From: Gemmatimonadaceae bacterium
GTDB lineage: Bacteria; Gemmatimonadota; Gemmatimonadetes; Gemmatimonadales; Gemmatimonadaceae
Assembly (NCBI GenBank): GCA_044224875.1
Contig: JBGAJQ010000007.1
Coordinates: forward strand, 1-64,000
Direction of reading: 5' to 3'
Length of the DNA: 64,000 nucleotides
The notes under the pieces are model-generated. The model was not told where the DNA came from. It saw nothing but the letters and a program-made list of their open reading frames with translations, and made no database searches. Of this stretch, positions 54,424 to 64,000 are shown piece by piece (the stretch's first letter is position 1; each line of letters begins with the position of its first letter). Position numbers and translations under genes: made by a program.

Positions 54424-55149
54424 ATGCAAGAAACCGCCATCGGACCAACGATCGCCTTTACCGCCGGGCTGCTGTCCTTCCTGTCGCCCTGCGTGCTGCC
54501 ACTGATTCCCAGCTACATCACCTTTATCACCGGCCTGTCCCTTGACGATGTGGGAAAGGCCCGCCGTGCCGCCCTGATTCACGGGGTGTTGTTCGTGCTG
54601 GGGTTCTCCCTGATTTTTCTTGCGTTGGGCGCGAGCGCAACCCTGTTGGGTCGTATCCTGTTCACCAAGCGCGACTGGCTGGCCAGGATCGGCGGTGTGA
54701 TCATCATCGTCTTCGGGTTGTACCTGCTGGGCGTGCTCAACATCGGCGCGTTCAGTCGCGAGCGGCGATTGCACATTGCCGACAAGCCGGCGGGATACCT
54801 GGGGACCGTTGTGGTGGGGATCGCTTTTGGGGCCGGTTGGACGCCGTGCATTGGCCCAATCCTGGGCTCGATCCTGATTTACGCGGGGAGTCAGGGCGAC
54901 CAGGCGCATGGGTTGACCCTGCTCGCCTTCTACTCGTTAGGGCTGGCTGTTCCGTTCCTCTTGTCGGCCCTGGCCATCGAGCGGTTTGTGACGGTGTTCC
55001 AGCGACTGAAGCGCCAGATGGTGTGGGTGTCACGAGGCGCCGGCGTGCTCATGATCGGTATCGGCCTGTTGATGCTGACGAACCAGTTCACCGTGTTGGC
55101 GTCGTACCTGCAGGCGTTCACCCCCGAGGCCCTGCGAAGCCGGCTCTAG
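54424..55149 (+). CDS. ccdA: Cytochrome c biogenesis protein CcdA
   Basis: SFLSPCVLPLIP and WTPCIGPIL; multi-TM. Confidence 0.93.
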   Translation: MQETAIGPTIAFTAGLLSFLSPCVLPLIPSYITFITGLSLDDVGKARRAALIHGVLFVLGFSLIFLALGASATLLGRILFTKRDWLARIGGVIIIVFGLYLLGVLNIGAFSRERRLHIADKPAGYLGTVVVGIAFGAGWTPCIGPILGSILIYAGSQGDQAHGLTLLAFYSLGLAVPFLLSALAIERFVTVFQRLKRQMVWVSRGAGVLMIGIGLLMLTNQFTVLASYLQAFTPEALRSRL

Positions 55150-55166
55150 GTGGGGCGACCGCGCGG

Positions 55167-56936
55167 CTAGTCCCCGACGACCGCGCCCTCGATCTCCTCC
55201 TCCAGCTGCTGCCGTGAGAGTAGTTCGGTGTAGCGGCCGCCACGCGCGAGGAGCTCCTCATGTTTCCCGCGCTCCACGATCCGACCGTCATCCAGGACGA
55301 GGATCAGGTCCGCCTCGCGCACGGCGCTCACGCGATGTGACGCCACGATCGCCGTCCGATGCTCGAGTGCCTGGTGCAACCCGTGGAGAATCGCCGCCTC
55401 GGTGTGCGTGTCCACGGCCGACAGGGCATCATCCAGCAGGACAATCGACGGATGCCTGGCCAGCGCGCGCGCCAAGGTGGCGCGTTGCTTCTGGCCTCCC
55501 GATAAGTTGATGCCGCGCTCACCCAACATCGTGTCGTAGCCCCCAGGGAACTCGGCGATGGTCTCGTCCAGCTGTGCGATCCGAGCCGCGGCGTCCGTGT
55601 CGGTCGCATCGGGCGCGCCATAGCGGAGGTTGGAGCGAATCGTCTCGGAGAAGAGCAAACTCTCCTGAGGCACCACACCGAGTTCGCGCCGGAGTTCTGC
55701 GATCGGGATGTCCGTCGTGGGAATGCCGTCGATCAACACGTCCCCAACCTGCGGGTCGTAGACCCGGGGAATGAGGTCGAGGAGGGTGCTCTTACCGCTG
55801 CCGGTTGCACCAACGATGGCCAGCGTCTCGCCGGCGTCGAGTCGGAACGAGATGTCGCGCAAGACTTCGCGCGGCGCCTCTCCGGCTCGCGCCGGGTAGT
55901 GAAAGGCGACGTTGCGAAACTCGATCGAGCGCCCGCCCGTGGCCGGGGGCAGTGCGCGAGGGGTGGACGACTCGTCGCGTACCGCGGGTCGCGCGGCCAG
56001 GACCTCGTTCAATCGAGTCATGGAGGCGGCGGCGCGCTGAAACAGGTTCATCACCCAGCCTAACGAAATCATCGGCCATGTCAGCATGCCCAGGTACATG
56101 CTGAAGGCGACGAAGCTCCCGACGGTGATGCCGCCGTGCAGGGTCAGGATGCCACCGGCGGCCAACACGATCACCGCGCCACCGCCGGCCAGGAGACCGA
56201 AGGCCGGGTTCATGATCCCATACAGCTTGGCCAGGTCCAGGTTGCGGCGCACGTACTCGCGCGACATGAGCTCAAACCGCTCGACCTCCGATTGCTCCTG
56301 ACGGTACGCCCGCACGATGCGCGTGCCGCTCAGGTTCTCCTGCACCCGTGTCGTGAGGGCACCGAAGTGCTCCTGCACGGCCTCGAACCGGTCGTGAATC
56401 GACGTGCCGAGCTTGCGCATCACGACGGGCAGGAGGGTGAGTGGCAGGAGCGCCAGGGCCGTCAGGCGTCCGTCGATGCGCAGCATGAAGGCGAGCGCGA
56501 AGATCCCGCCGAACAAGGTGCTGGTGAGATACATGATCGCCGGGCCGGCCGCCATCCGCACGGCGCCGATGTCATTCGTTAGGCGTGCCATGAGCTCGCC
56601 GGTGCGCGTCGTGCCGTAATACGACGCGTCCAGCGTCAACAACTTGCCGTACAAGTCGCGCCTGAGGTCCGTCTCGATCCGCCGGCTCAGGCCGTTCATG
56701 AGTTCCCGCATCAGGAAGCGAAACCCCCCACCAATCAGCGACACCGCCACCATGGCGCTCGCCAGCAGCGCCACCGGCCGCACGCCGCTTCCCGCGCGGA
56801 TGTCGTCCACCGCCGATCGCACCAACCACGGGTTGATGCTGGACAGCGCCCCGCTGATGACGATCGCGAACACTCCCCAGAGGAGTGATCTGCGATACGG
56901 CCGGTAGTAGGGAAGCAGCGTTCGCAGCGATCTCAT
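55167..56936 (-). CDS. ABC exporter, fused TMD-NBD (MdlA/MsbA-like)
   Basis: N-terminal TM domain; GATGSGKS, LSGGQKQR, LLDDALSAVD. Confidence 0.93.
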   Translation of the reverse strand: MRSLRTLLPYYRPYRRSLLWGVFAIVISGALSSINPWLVRSAVDDIRAGSGVRPVALLASAMVAVSLIGGGFRFLMRELMNGLSRRIETDLRRDLYGKLLTLDASYYGTTRTGELMARLTNDIGAVRMAAGPAIMYLTSTLFGGIFALAFMLRIDGRLTALALLPLTLLPVVMRKLGTSIHDRFEAVQEHFGALTTRVQENLSGTRIVRAYRQEQSEVERFELMSREYVRRNLDLAKLYGIMNPAFGLLAGGGAVIVLAAGGILTLHGGITVGSFVAFSMYLGMLTWPMISLGWVMNLFQRAAASMTRLNEVLAARPAVRDESSTPRALPPATGGRSIEFRNVAFHYPARAGEAPREVLRDISFRLDAGETLAIVGATGSGKSTLLDLIPRVYDPQVGDVLIDGIPTTDIPIAELRRELGVVPQESLLFSETIRSNLRYGAPDATDTDAAARIAQLDETIAEFPGGYDTMLGERGINLSGGQKQRATLARALARHPSIVLLDDALSAVDTHTEAAILHGLHQALEHRTAIVASHRVSAVREADLILVLDDGRIVERGKHEELLARGGRYTELLSRQQLEEEIEGAVVGD

Positions 56937-57032
56937 GTTGCGGCCATCGCTTGCCTCGGTGCCGTGGGGCACGGCACCTTTAGGGTGTTCCAAGGTACTG
57001 TACGAGCCCTGCACCCGATCGGAGGTAAATCC

Positions 57033-57938
57033 ATGACCAAATATACGCGCCGCGCCGTGGCTCCCATTGCTGCGCTCGCGCTGGCCGCGATTGTCGTCTC
57101 AGCCTGCAACAAGGGCGATTCCAATGCGTTGACGCAGGACTCGAGTCTCTCGCGCGACTTGGCGCGCGTGGGGGCGGACACTGCGGTCCAGCCCGAGCTG
57201 AAGGACGTGCCGGCGGAGGCAACGCCCCCGGCCACGACCCCGCCCGTGGAGACGAAGCCACAATCGCAGCCCAAGCCGAAGCCCAAGCAGCCGCCAGCGA
57301 AGGCGAACCCGACCCCCACCCCGACGCCGGCGTCCGCGCCGCCCCCGAGCGACGTCACGGCATCGGGCAACAAGGTGTCCACCGGGGCCGCCGGCTCTGA
57401 GAAGCCGTTAGGCAGCATTGGCGCTGGAACCACGCTGACGCTCGCATCCACCGAGAAGGTGTGCACCAACACGAATCATGTCGGTGATCGTTTCGTCGCG
57501 ACTGTCTCCAACGACGTTCAGGGGTCGAACGGTGCCGTGGTTCCTGCCGGTTCAAAAGTCGTTATCGAGGTCACGAAGCTGAAGCGCAGCGAGAACACCA
57601 ACGATCGCATTGAGATCGGCTTGCGTGTGGTATCGATCGCTGTTGGCGACAAGACCTATACGCCGGATGCCGACATTGTCACCGCCCAGGTCGACCGCGT
57701 TCGTAACTCGTCCAAAGGAAACGATACGAAGAAGGTGCTCGGCGGCGCCGTGGCCGGCGCCATCCTTGGGCAGGTGATCGGCAAGGACAAAAAGGGCACG
57801 ATCATCGGCGCCGCGGCTGGCGCGGCGGCTGGGGGCGCGGCTGCCGCCGCGACCGCCAATTTCGAGGGCTGCGTCAATAACGGCGCCCAGATCACCGTGA
57901 AGCTGAACTCGTCCATGACCGTGGCCGCGTCCAACTAG
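57033..57938 (+). CDS. Lipoprotein with a Pro-rich linker and glycine-zipper C-terminus
   Basis: Lipobox VSAC; PKPKPK/PTPTP linker; GGAVAGAILG..GAAAGAAAG. Confidence 0.75.
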   Translation: MTKYTRRAVAPIAALALAAIVVSACNKGDSNALTQDSSLSRDLARVGADTAVQPELKDVPAEATPPATTPPVETKPQSQPKPKPKQPPAKANPTPTPTPASAPPPSDVTASGNKVSTGAAGSEKPLGSIGAGTTLTLASTEKVCTNTNHVGDRFVATVSNDVQGSNGAVVPAGSKVVIEVTKLKRSENTNDRIEIGLRVVSIAVGDKTYTPDADIVTAQVDRVRNSSKGNDTKKVLGGAVAGAILGQVIGKDKKGTIIGAAAGAAAGGAAAAATANFEGCVNNGAQITVKLNSSMTVAASN

Positions 57939-57960
57939 CTGGATGTTCAACGAGCCACCG

Positions 57961-57987
57961 ACGGGCCGCCACCTTGGCGGCCCGTTT
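57961..57987 (+). terminator. Putative terminator hairpin
   Basis: ACGGGCCGCCA-CCT-TGGCGGCCCGT followed by a short T run. Confidence 0.55.
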
Positions 57988-58180
57988 GGCGTTTACCCCC
58001 AGTTCACTCGCCCGGCGTCCACGCCGGGCCTAACGGGACGGACGTCCCCAAGCCCGCAGCTATTCCCTGACGAACGGTCCGGCTTCGTCCTGATCGCCTA
58101 GGTCGCCCTGGTATCGCATTTCTTCCATGGCCGACGTGCCCTCCTGGGACGTCAACGACAATTGCTGATGGAGAAAAGCC

Positions 58181-59428
58181 ATGCGGCTTCGACACCTTTT
58201 AGTTGTCCCCGTGCTGACGCTCGTCGGGAGCTCGGCACAGGCAATGAAGATTCCGGCCTTCGCCCGGAAATACAATGTCAGCTGCGTGCAATGCCACGCG
58301 CCTGTTCCGAAGCTCAACAAGTTCGGCGAGGCCTTTGCGGCGAATGGGTTCGAGTTCGCGAAAGGAGAGGCGCCGCGAGACACGGTGGGCACGGGCGATC
58401 CATTACTTCGCCTGCAGCGCACGTTGCCCCTCGCGGTGCGCTTCGACTCGTACATCACCGCGCTGTCGAAGAAGGAAGAGGGACAGAACTCCGCCGATTT
58501 CCAGTCGCCGTGGATCATTAAGCTGTTGAGTGGGGGGCAGGTGGCCGACAAGGTCAGCTACTACACGTACTTCCTGCTGACCGAGCGAGGCGAGGTCGCC
58601 GGCCTCGAGGACGCCTATGTCCAGTTCACCGACGTCTTTGGAACCAAGGCGAGCGTCATTTTTGGTCAGTTCCAGGTCTCAGACCCGGTGTTCAAACGCG
58701 AGCTTCGACTCAGCTACGACGATTGGCAGCTCTACCGCCTGAAGGTTGGCGATGCGACCCCCGATCTCACGTACGATCGTGGCGTGATGGCGATGATCTC
58801 TCCGTGGGAAGGCGCCGATGTGTCGGTTCAGCTGTTGAACGGCGGCGGACTTCAGGCGGGCTCCGAGCAGCAGCAGTTCGATCGGGATTCCAAGAAGAAC
58901 GTTGCGCTTCGCTACTCGCAGGCGATCGGACCGCTCCGGTTGGGTGGATTGGGGTATCGTGGTGCCGAGGAGGGGAACGGCGTTCGAAACACGATCACGG
59001 TGTGGGGGCCAGACGCCACCGTTCCGTTGGGCGGATTTGGCGAGATCAACGCGCAATTCCTGCGTCGGACGGATCGCGACCCGTTTTACGGGAGCTGCTC
59101 ACCGATACACCCATGCCCCGGTGGAGCCACGATTCCATTCGACACGAAGGTCGACGCGGCGATGGCCGAAGCCGTGCTGTGGCCACAGGGACCCGCCGGC
59201 CGAGTCTTTTTCACCGGCACCTACAACTGGATCAAATCTGATTCGCCGGTGATCTCACTACGCCTCGGCGAGCAGTCGAACGGCACGGGATTCCTGACCA
59301 AGTACCAGACGTTGAGTGGCGGGGCGCACTTCCTTTACAAGCGCAATCTTCGCATGATGGCGGAGATCGGACACGACTTTGAACGCAAGCAGACCCGGTT
59401 CATCGCCGGGACTGTGTTGGCCTTTTGA
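58181..59428 (+). CDS. Cyc2-like fused monoheme cytochrome c / outer-membrane beta-barrel
   Basis: Signal peptide, then IPAFARKYNVSCVQCH..PKLNKFG..F..NG; beta-strand-rich remainder ending in Phe. Confidence 0.75.
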   Translation: MRLRHLLVVPVLTLVGSSAQAMKIPAFARKYNVSCVQCHAPVPKLNKFGEAFAANGFEFAKGEAPRDTVGTGDPLLRLQRTLPLAVRFDSYITALSKKEEGQNSADFQSPWIIKLLSGGQVADKVSYYTYFLLTERGEVAGLEDAYVQFTDVFGTKASVIFGQFQVSDPVFKRELRLSYDDWQLYRLKVGDATPDLTYDRGVMAMISPWEGADVSVQLLNGGGLQAGSEQQQFDRDSKKNVALRYSQAIGPLRLGGLGYRGAEEGNGVRNTITVWGPDATVPLGGFGEINAQFLRRTDRDPFYGSCSPIHPCPGGATIPFDTKVDAAMAEAVLWPQGPAGRVFFTGTYNWIKSDSPVISLRLGEQSNGTGFLTKYQTLSGGAHFLYKRNLRMMAEIGHDFERKQTRFIAGTVLAF

Positions 59429-59435
59429 GACTACC

Positions 59436-59867
59436 ATGCATATGCATCGACACCTGATAGCGGTGGTGACGGGAATGGTCGTCGCTGCGACGATGGTCAG
59501 CGGGGTACGGCCGATCAGCTTCAACTGGTCGCCCATGTCGGCAGGCGCTGGGCAGGACACGAGCTTCTCGGCGGCGACGCTGGCGCTTGGGGAGAAGATC
59601 TTCCAGGGCAAGGCGGCCGGCGGGCTCTGCTTCTCGTGCCATGGTCCGGCCGCGAAGGGCACGAAGGGCCTCGCGCCGAACCTGACCGACGCCACGTGGC
59701 TGCACGGCGATGGCAGCTACAACTTCATCGTGTCCACGATCGAGTCGGGCGTGCCAAAGCCGAAGGAGGCCGCCGCACCCATGCCGCCCAAGGGCGGGGC
59801 CATGCTCACAACGGAGCAGGTGCGGGCCGTGGCGGCCTACGTCTACTCGCTGAGAGGCAAGAAGTAG
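59436..59867 (+). CDS. Periplasmic monoheme c-type cytochrome
   Basis: Signal/TM segment, CFSCH, APNLTD..WLHG, MPPKGG, VAAYV. Confidence 0.9.
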   Translation: MHMHRHLIAVVTGMVVAATMVSGVRPISFNWSPMSAGAGQDTSFSAATLALGEKIFQGKAAGGLCFSCHGPAAKGTKGLAPNLTDATWLHGDGSYNFIVSTIESGVPKPKEAAAPMPPKGGAMLTTEQVRAVAAYVYSLRGKK

Positions 59868-59875
59868 GTAGCGCG

Positions 59876-61627
59876 CTAGCGAGCGCTAGTCCCGCTCGCC
59901 CCGCTGGCGCGCGGCTCGCTCACGCCCTCCCAGCCGCGAGGCACGCGCATCACGGCGTTCGCGTTGGCCAGCCCGCCCATGAACCGCACCGCATGTCCCA
60001 TGGCGACGAGCGAGTCACGCACCGCCGGACTCAGCCCGTTGGTCTCCACCATCAGCGTATCTGGCAACGCCTGGTGGTGGAGACGCGGGGCGTGCATCGC
60101 GTCATAGAGGGACATGTGGTAATCGATCACGTTGATGATCACCTGTGACGTGGTCGTAATGATCCTCGGGCCGCCGGCAGCTCCAACCACCAGGAGCACG
60201 GAGCCCTTCGGGTCCACGACGATTGTTGGCGACATGGCGCTCAGCATCCGCTTGCCCGGGGCGATAGCGTTGGCCTCTCCTTGCACCAGCCCGAACATGT
60301 TCGGTTTGCCGGGCGCCGCGGCGAAGTCGTCCATCTCGTCGTTCATGAAAATGCCGACACTGGGCAGGTACACGGCGGAGCCGTAGACGTTGTTGAGCGT
60401 TGTTGTCGTGGCCACGGCATTGCCCTGGTCATCCACCACCGAGTAGTGCGTGGTGCTCTCTCCATCGGCGATCTGCTGGCCGTTTGAGGGCGTCGGCGTG
60501 TTGCGGTTCGGGTTGATCGTGCGCGCGAGTCGCTGCGCGTACGCCTTGGACGTGAGCTCGTCCAACGGCACCTTCACGAACGCCGGATCGCCAAGCTTGG
60601 CATTGCGATCAATGAATGCGCGCTGGTAGGCGGACGCCATGAGGTGTGCCCAGGCCGTGCTCCCCCAAGGTCGTGGAGGGCCCGACGCTTCGAGCATGTT
60701 CAGCGTTTCCGTGATCGTGATGCCACCCGACGACGCGGGGGGCATGGTGTAGAGCGTGTGGCCGCGATAGGTACTGACGATTGGCGTGCGCCACACGGGT
60801 TGATACCGCTTCAAGTCGTCCCGCGTGATGATGCCCCCACCGCGCTGCATGCCTTCGACCAGCGAATCCGCCGTCTCGCCCTGGTAGAATCCGCTCGCCC
60901 CGCGGTCGGCAATCAGCTGCAACGTGTGCGCCAGGGCGGGCTGCTTGAACAACGTGCCCGGCTTGAGCGGCTCTCCGTTGGGGTAGAAGACCTTGACCGC
61001 CTCAAAGCGCCCCAGGTAACCCTTGCTGGCCGTGAGTGAGCCGAAGAGCGCCGAGTCCACGACGAATCCGTCCCGCGCCAGTCGAATTGCCGGTTGCATG
61101 ACGTCGCGCAGCGGCTTCTTGCCGTACGAGGCGAGCGCCGCCACCATGCCAGCCACCGAGCCCGGCACGCCCGATGCGCGGTAGCCGACGATACTCTCAT
61201 TCGTCGGATTGCCTTGGGCATCCAGGTACATGTTGCGGCTGGCGGCAAGCGGCGCCACCTCCCGGTAGTCGATAGCCGCATGTCGGCCGTCGGCCATCCG
61301 GATCACCATGAAGCCCCCGCCGCCGACGTTTCCCGCCATGGGATAGGTCACCGCCAGGGCAAACCCCACCGCTACCGCGGCGTCCACGGCATTCCCGCCG
61401 GCTTGAATGATCTCGGTACCCGCATCCGACGCCAGCTTGTTGTTGCTGGCGATCATGAAGCGCTCGCCAAATGACGCCGTGCCCCCCGGGGCAAATCGCC
61501 AACCCGTCGGATACACCACCGCACTCCGCGACGGGGCCGCCGTGCCACCGCCCACGCTCGGCGTCGACGCCCGGCACGACACACCAAGGACCACCAGTCC
61601 CGCCACGGCGATGAAGACTCTGCGCAT
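59876..61627 (-). CDS. ggt: Gamma-glutamyltransferase (lipoprotein)
   Basis: GGNAVDAA, GGGGF, DYRE.AP, TTHYSVVD, N.EMDDF, KRMLSAMSPT. Confidence 0.95.
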   Translation of the reverse strand: MRRVFIAVAGLVVLGVSCRASTPSVGGGTAAPSRSAVVYPTGWRFAPGGTASFGERFMIASNNKLASDAGTEIIQAGGNAVDAAVAVGFALAVTYPMAGNVGGGGFMVIRMADGRHAAIDYREVAPLAASRNMYLDAQGNPTNESIVGYRASGVPGSVAGMVAALASYGKKPLRDVMQPAIRLARDGFVVDSALFGSLTASKGYLGRFEAVKVFYPNGEPLKPGTLFKQPALAHTLQLIADRGASGFYQGETADSLVEGMQRGGGIITRDDLKRYQPVWRTPIVSTYRGHTLYTMPPASSGGITITETLNMLEASGPPRPWGSTAWAHLMASAYQRAFIDRNAKLGDPAFVKVPLDELTSKAYAQRLARTINPNRNTPTPSNGQQIADGESTTHYSVVDDQGNAVATTTTLNNVYGSAVYLPSVGIFMNDEMDDFAAAPGKPNMFGLVQGEANAIAPGKRMLSAMSPTIVVDPKGSVLLVVGAAGGPRIITTTSQVIINVIDYHMSLYDAMHAPRLHHQALPDTLMVETNGLSPAVRDSLVAMGHAVRFMGGLANANAVMRVPRGWEGVSEPRASGASGTSAR

Positions 61628-61656
61628 CTGTGTCCAGCCTCGAAAGAAGTCGTTCC

Positions 61657-62337
61657 CTAGAATCCGACGCGAAGCCCGAAGGTGACCATGAAGTGACGGG
61701 CCAGCGTCTGCGCGTTCCCCGCGAGGTTGTCGCGCTCATGCACGCTATTCATGTACTCTCCCAACAACTCCAAACGCCAATCCCGCGCAAGCCCGTAACC
61801 AAAGCCGTAGCCCGCCGAAAAAAGAAAGTCGCGGTTTGATTTGGCTGGCGGCAAGTCTGCTTTCGGTGAGTCCTGCTCGAACGAGCCGAATTGCACGGCG
61901 CCGAGGAACAGGTGAAACGTCTGGTAGAGCCCCGTGTCGCCGCCATTTGGTGCGCCACCGTGGAAGTTCGCGCCATACGTCGCCACGGTGGCGTGGGCGT
62001 CGCACGTGCCGCACGTTCCCGACGCACCCGCATAAACCAGTGGCATTCGCGTGTACGAGCCGGCGATCCCCGCGGTAACCCCGCCCGCGATCTCATGCTC
62101 GACAGTGAACGTGATCGGAAAGCCCTGTCCAAAATCCCAGATCGAGCTGGAGTTGCCGTCCTGAACCTGCGCCATCTGCATGAACCCCATGCCAATGGAC
62201 GCCCAGTTGGACGGCGCGTCCGTCCCTCCCGTTCCGGACGGAATTCGCCCGCGCCCACGCCGGCCGCCCTCCTGGGCCTGGCCCGACGAGGCAACGGAAA
62301 TGATCAACAGCAGCGCGGTTGCGAGTCGAGTGAACAT
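61657..62337 (-). CDS. Probable small outer-membrane beta-barrel protein
   Basis: Signal peptide; alternating hydrophobic strands; C-terminus FGLRVGF. Confidence 0.6.
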   Translation of the reverse strand: MFTRLATALLLIISVASSGQAQEGGRRGRGRIPSGTGGTDAPSNWASIGMGFMQMAQVQDGNSSSIWDFGQGFPITFTVEHEIAGGVTAGIAGSYTRMPLVYAGASGTCGTCDAHATVATYGANFHGGAPNGGDTGLYQTFHLFLGAVQFGSFEQDSPKADLPPAKSNRDFLFSAGYGFGYGLARDWRLELLGEYMNSVHERDNLAGNAQTLARHFMVTFGLRVGF

Positions 62338-62511
62338 GGCGAAAGAAAGGCGGCTGGACCTAACGACAGAGTGAACACCCTCAAGTGGCCAAGTGGGCCA
62401 TCGTCACGTCCCAACATTCCACCGGGGCACCCTTGCGCGTAAGTTAGCCTTGGCAGCAGAGGAGTTACAACGCAACTCCGCGCCAAAGGAGCACTCCCAA
62501 ACCCCCGACCC

Positions 62512-63424
62512 GTGCCCGAACTCGATCCAAGAATCACGGAGCATCGCAACCCGCGGACGGCCGACATCGATCTCGCGTCCCCACTCGAGATCGTCGAGTT
62601 GATGAATGCCGAGGATCGAACGGTGGCGGACGCGGTGTTCGCTCAACGACACGAAATCGCCCAGGCGATCGGCTTGGTGGAGACCGCCTTCAGGCAGAGC
62701 GGCCGACTGTTCTATGTTGGGGCCGGCACCTCCGGTCGCTTGGGGATCCTCGACGCGAGCGAGTGCCCTGCCCACCTTTGGCGCCGATCCATCGCTCGTT
62801 CAAGGCATCATAGCCGGCGGTATGTCCGCCGTCTTTCAGTCGCGGGAAGGGGCGGAGGATCGCCCGGAGGGCGGCAGGGAAGCGATAGACGAGGTGAATG
62901 CGAATAGCCCCGACGTGGTCGTCGGCATCGCCGCCTCAGGGACGACACCCTTCGTGCATGGCGCGGTCGCGCGCGCCCGGGAGCGCGGCGCCCGCACGGT
63001 GATGATTGCCTGTACGCCGATTGCCGACACGCTCCGCGCCAACTGCGACGTGACCATCATTGCAGTGGTGGGTCCAGAAGTCGTCACCGGTTCCACGCGG
63101 CTCAAGGCCGGCACGGCCACGAAGATGATCCTGAACATGCTCACCACGGGGGCGATGATTCGGATCGGCAAGACCTACGGCAACCTGATGGTGGACCTGC
63201 GCGCCACAAATGTGAAGCTGACGGACCGAAGCGAGCGGATCACCATGCTCGTCTGCGGTGTGGATCGTGACGCGGCGCGGGCACTGCTTCATGGATCGGG
63301 AGGCGCCGTGAAAACGGCCATCGTTATGCACCGTTTGGGTGTGGATGCCGCCCGGGCCGAAGACGCATTGGCGCGGGCCGGTGGCGTGATTCGGCGTGTG
63401 GTCGGCGGTGGGCCGCCACCATGA
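62512..63424 (+). CDS. murQ: N-acetylmuramic acid 6-phosphate etherase, frameshift near 62769
   Basis: [20 protein letters not shown] in one frame; [30 protein letters not shown] in the next. Confidence 0.92.
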
Positions 63425-64000
63425 CCCATCGTTCACGCACCCTGGTAGGCGTAATGTCCGGCACGTCGCTCGATGGGATCTCGGCGGCTGTCGTCAGGTT
63501 CACCGATGACACGTCCGGAACGACGCGTGCCGAGCTTCTGGGGTTCCGCGCCATCCCATACGACGATGCCAAACGCGCACGGATTGCGCGAGCCATCGAC
63601 GGAGTATCGCCCGAGGAGTACTGCCGGCTGAACTTCGACCTCGGCCACTGGCTGGCCGACGCGGCCCAGGCCGCGATTGTCGAAGCGGGCGTACCGAGAT
63701 CAGAGATCGCGGCCATAGCATCGCACGGACAGACGTTGTGGCACGTCCCGCTGCACTCCACCTGGCAGACGGGAGAGGCCGCCGTGATTGCCGAACGGAC
63801 TGGCCTTGCCGTGATTGCCGATTTTCGCGTGCGCGATGCTGCAGCTGGTGGCCAAGGGGCTCCGCTCGTTCCTATTGCTGACGCCCTGTTGTTTGCGCAT
63901 CCGCACGAATGGCGCGCCCTCCAGAACCTGGGAGGCATCGGGAACGTGACGGTGGTCCCACCAGGAGGCGATCCATCGACGACCCGAGCGTTCGACACGG
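63421..64000 (+). CDS. anmK: Anhydro-N-acetylmuramic acid kinase (3'-truncated by the window)
   Basis: Translated by hand: GVMSGTSLDG, SHGQT, DFRVRD..GGQGAPLVP, NLGGIGN. Confidence 0.93.
   Translation, partial: MTHRSRTLVGVMSGTSLDGISAAVVRFTDDTSGTTRAELLGFRAIPYDDAKRARIARAIDGVSPEEYCRLNFDLGHWLADAAQAAIVEAGVPRSEIAAIASHGQTLWHVPLHSTWQTGEAAVIAERTGLAVIADFRVRDAAAGGQGAPLVPIADALLFAHPHEWRALQNLGGIGNVTVVPPGGDPSTTRAFDT

Overview
High-GC bacterial chromosome segment, most consistent with Gemmatimonadota (inferred from the EF-Tu insert [23 protein letters not shown], the extended ribosomal proteins and the gene content). Layout: (1) 1-2.8 kb, a frameshift-damaged ABC exporter pair plus a nucleotidyltransferase; (2) a ~330-nt structured leader, then fusA-tuf and the complete S10-spc cluster through secY-adk-map (3.2-19.8 kb), with no rpsL/rpsG before it and no infA/alpha operon after it; (3) housekeeping and metabolic genes (SDR, DAACS symporter, GNAT, formiminotransferase-cyclodeaminase, suhB, trpS, PilT-like, DapA-like, purA, YpdA-like, glyQS); (4) a degenerate histidine kinase, then a ubiquitin-like / MoxR / DUF58 / BatA / DUF4159 / deacetylase run, an orphan GvpL/F gene and a Ser/Thr kinase; (5) priA, a TIGR00300-like gene, Fur, ccdA, an ABC exporter, a Cyc2-like cytochrome-porin with a partner cytochrome c, ggt, murQ and anmK. 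No rRNA, tRNA, CRISPR array or transposase was seen. The strongest unexplained signal is a non-palindromic 8-mer, CGTTAGGC. A manual count gives 43 GTTAGG cores (32 exact 8-mers), about one per 1.5 kb, on both strands, inside essential genes and between genes, resembling a DNA uptake or Chi-type signal. Family assignments come from motif recognition, not database searches.
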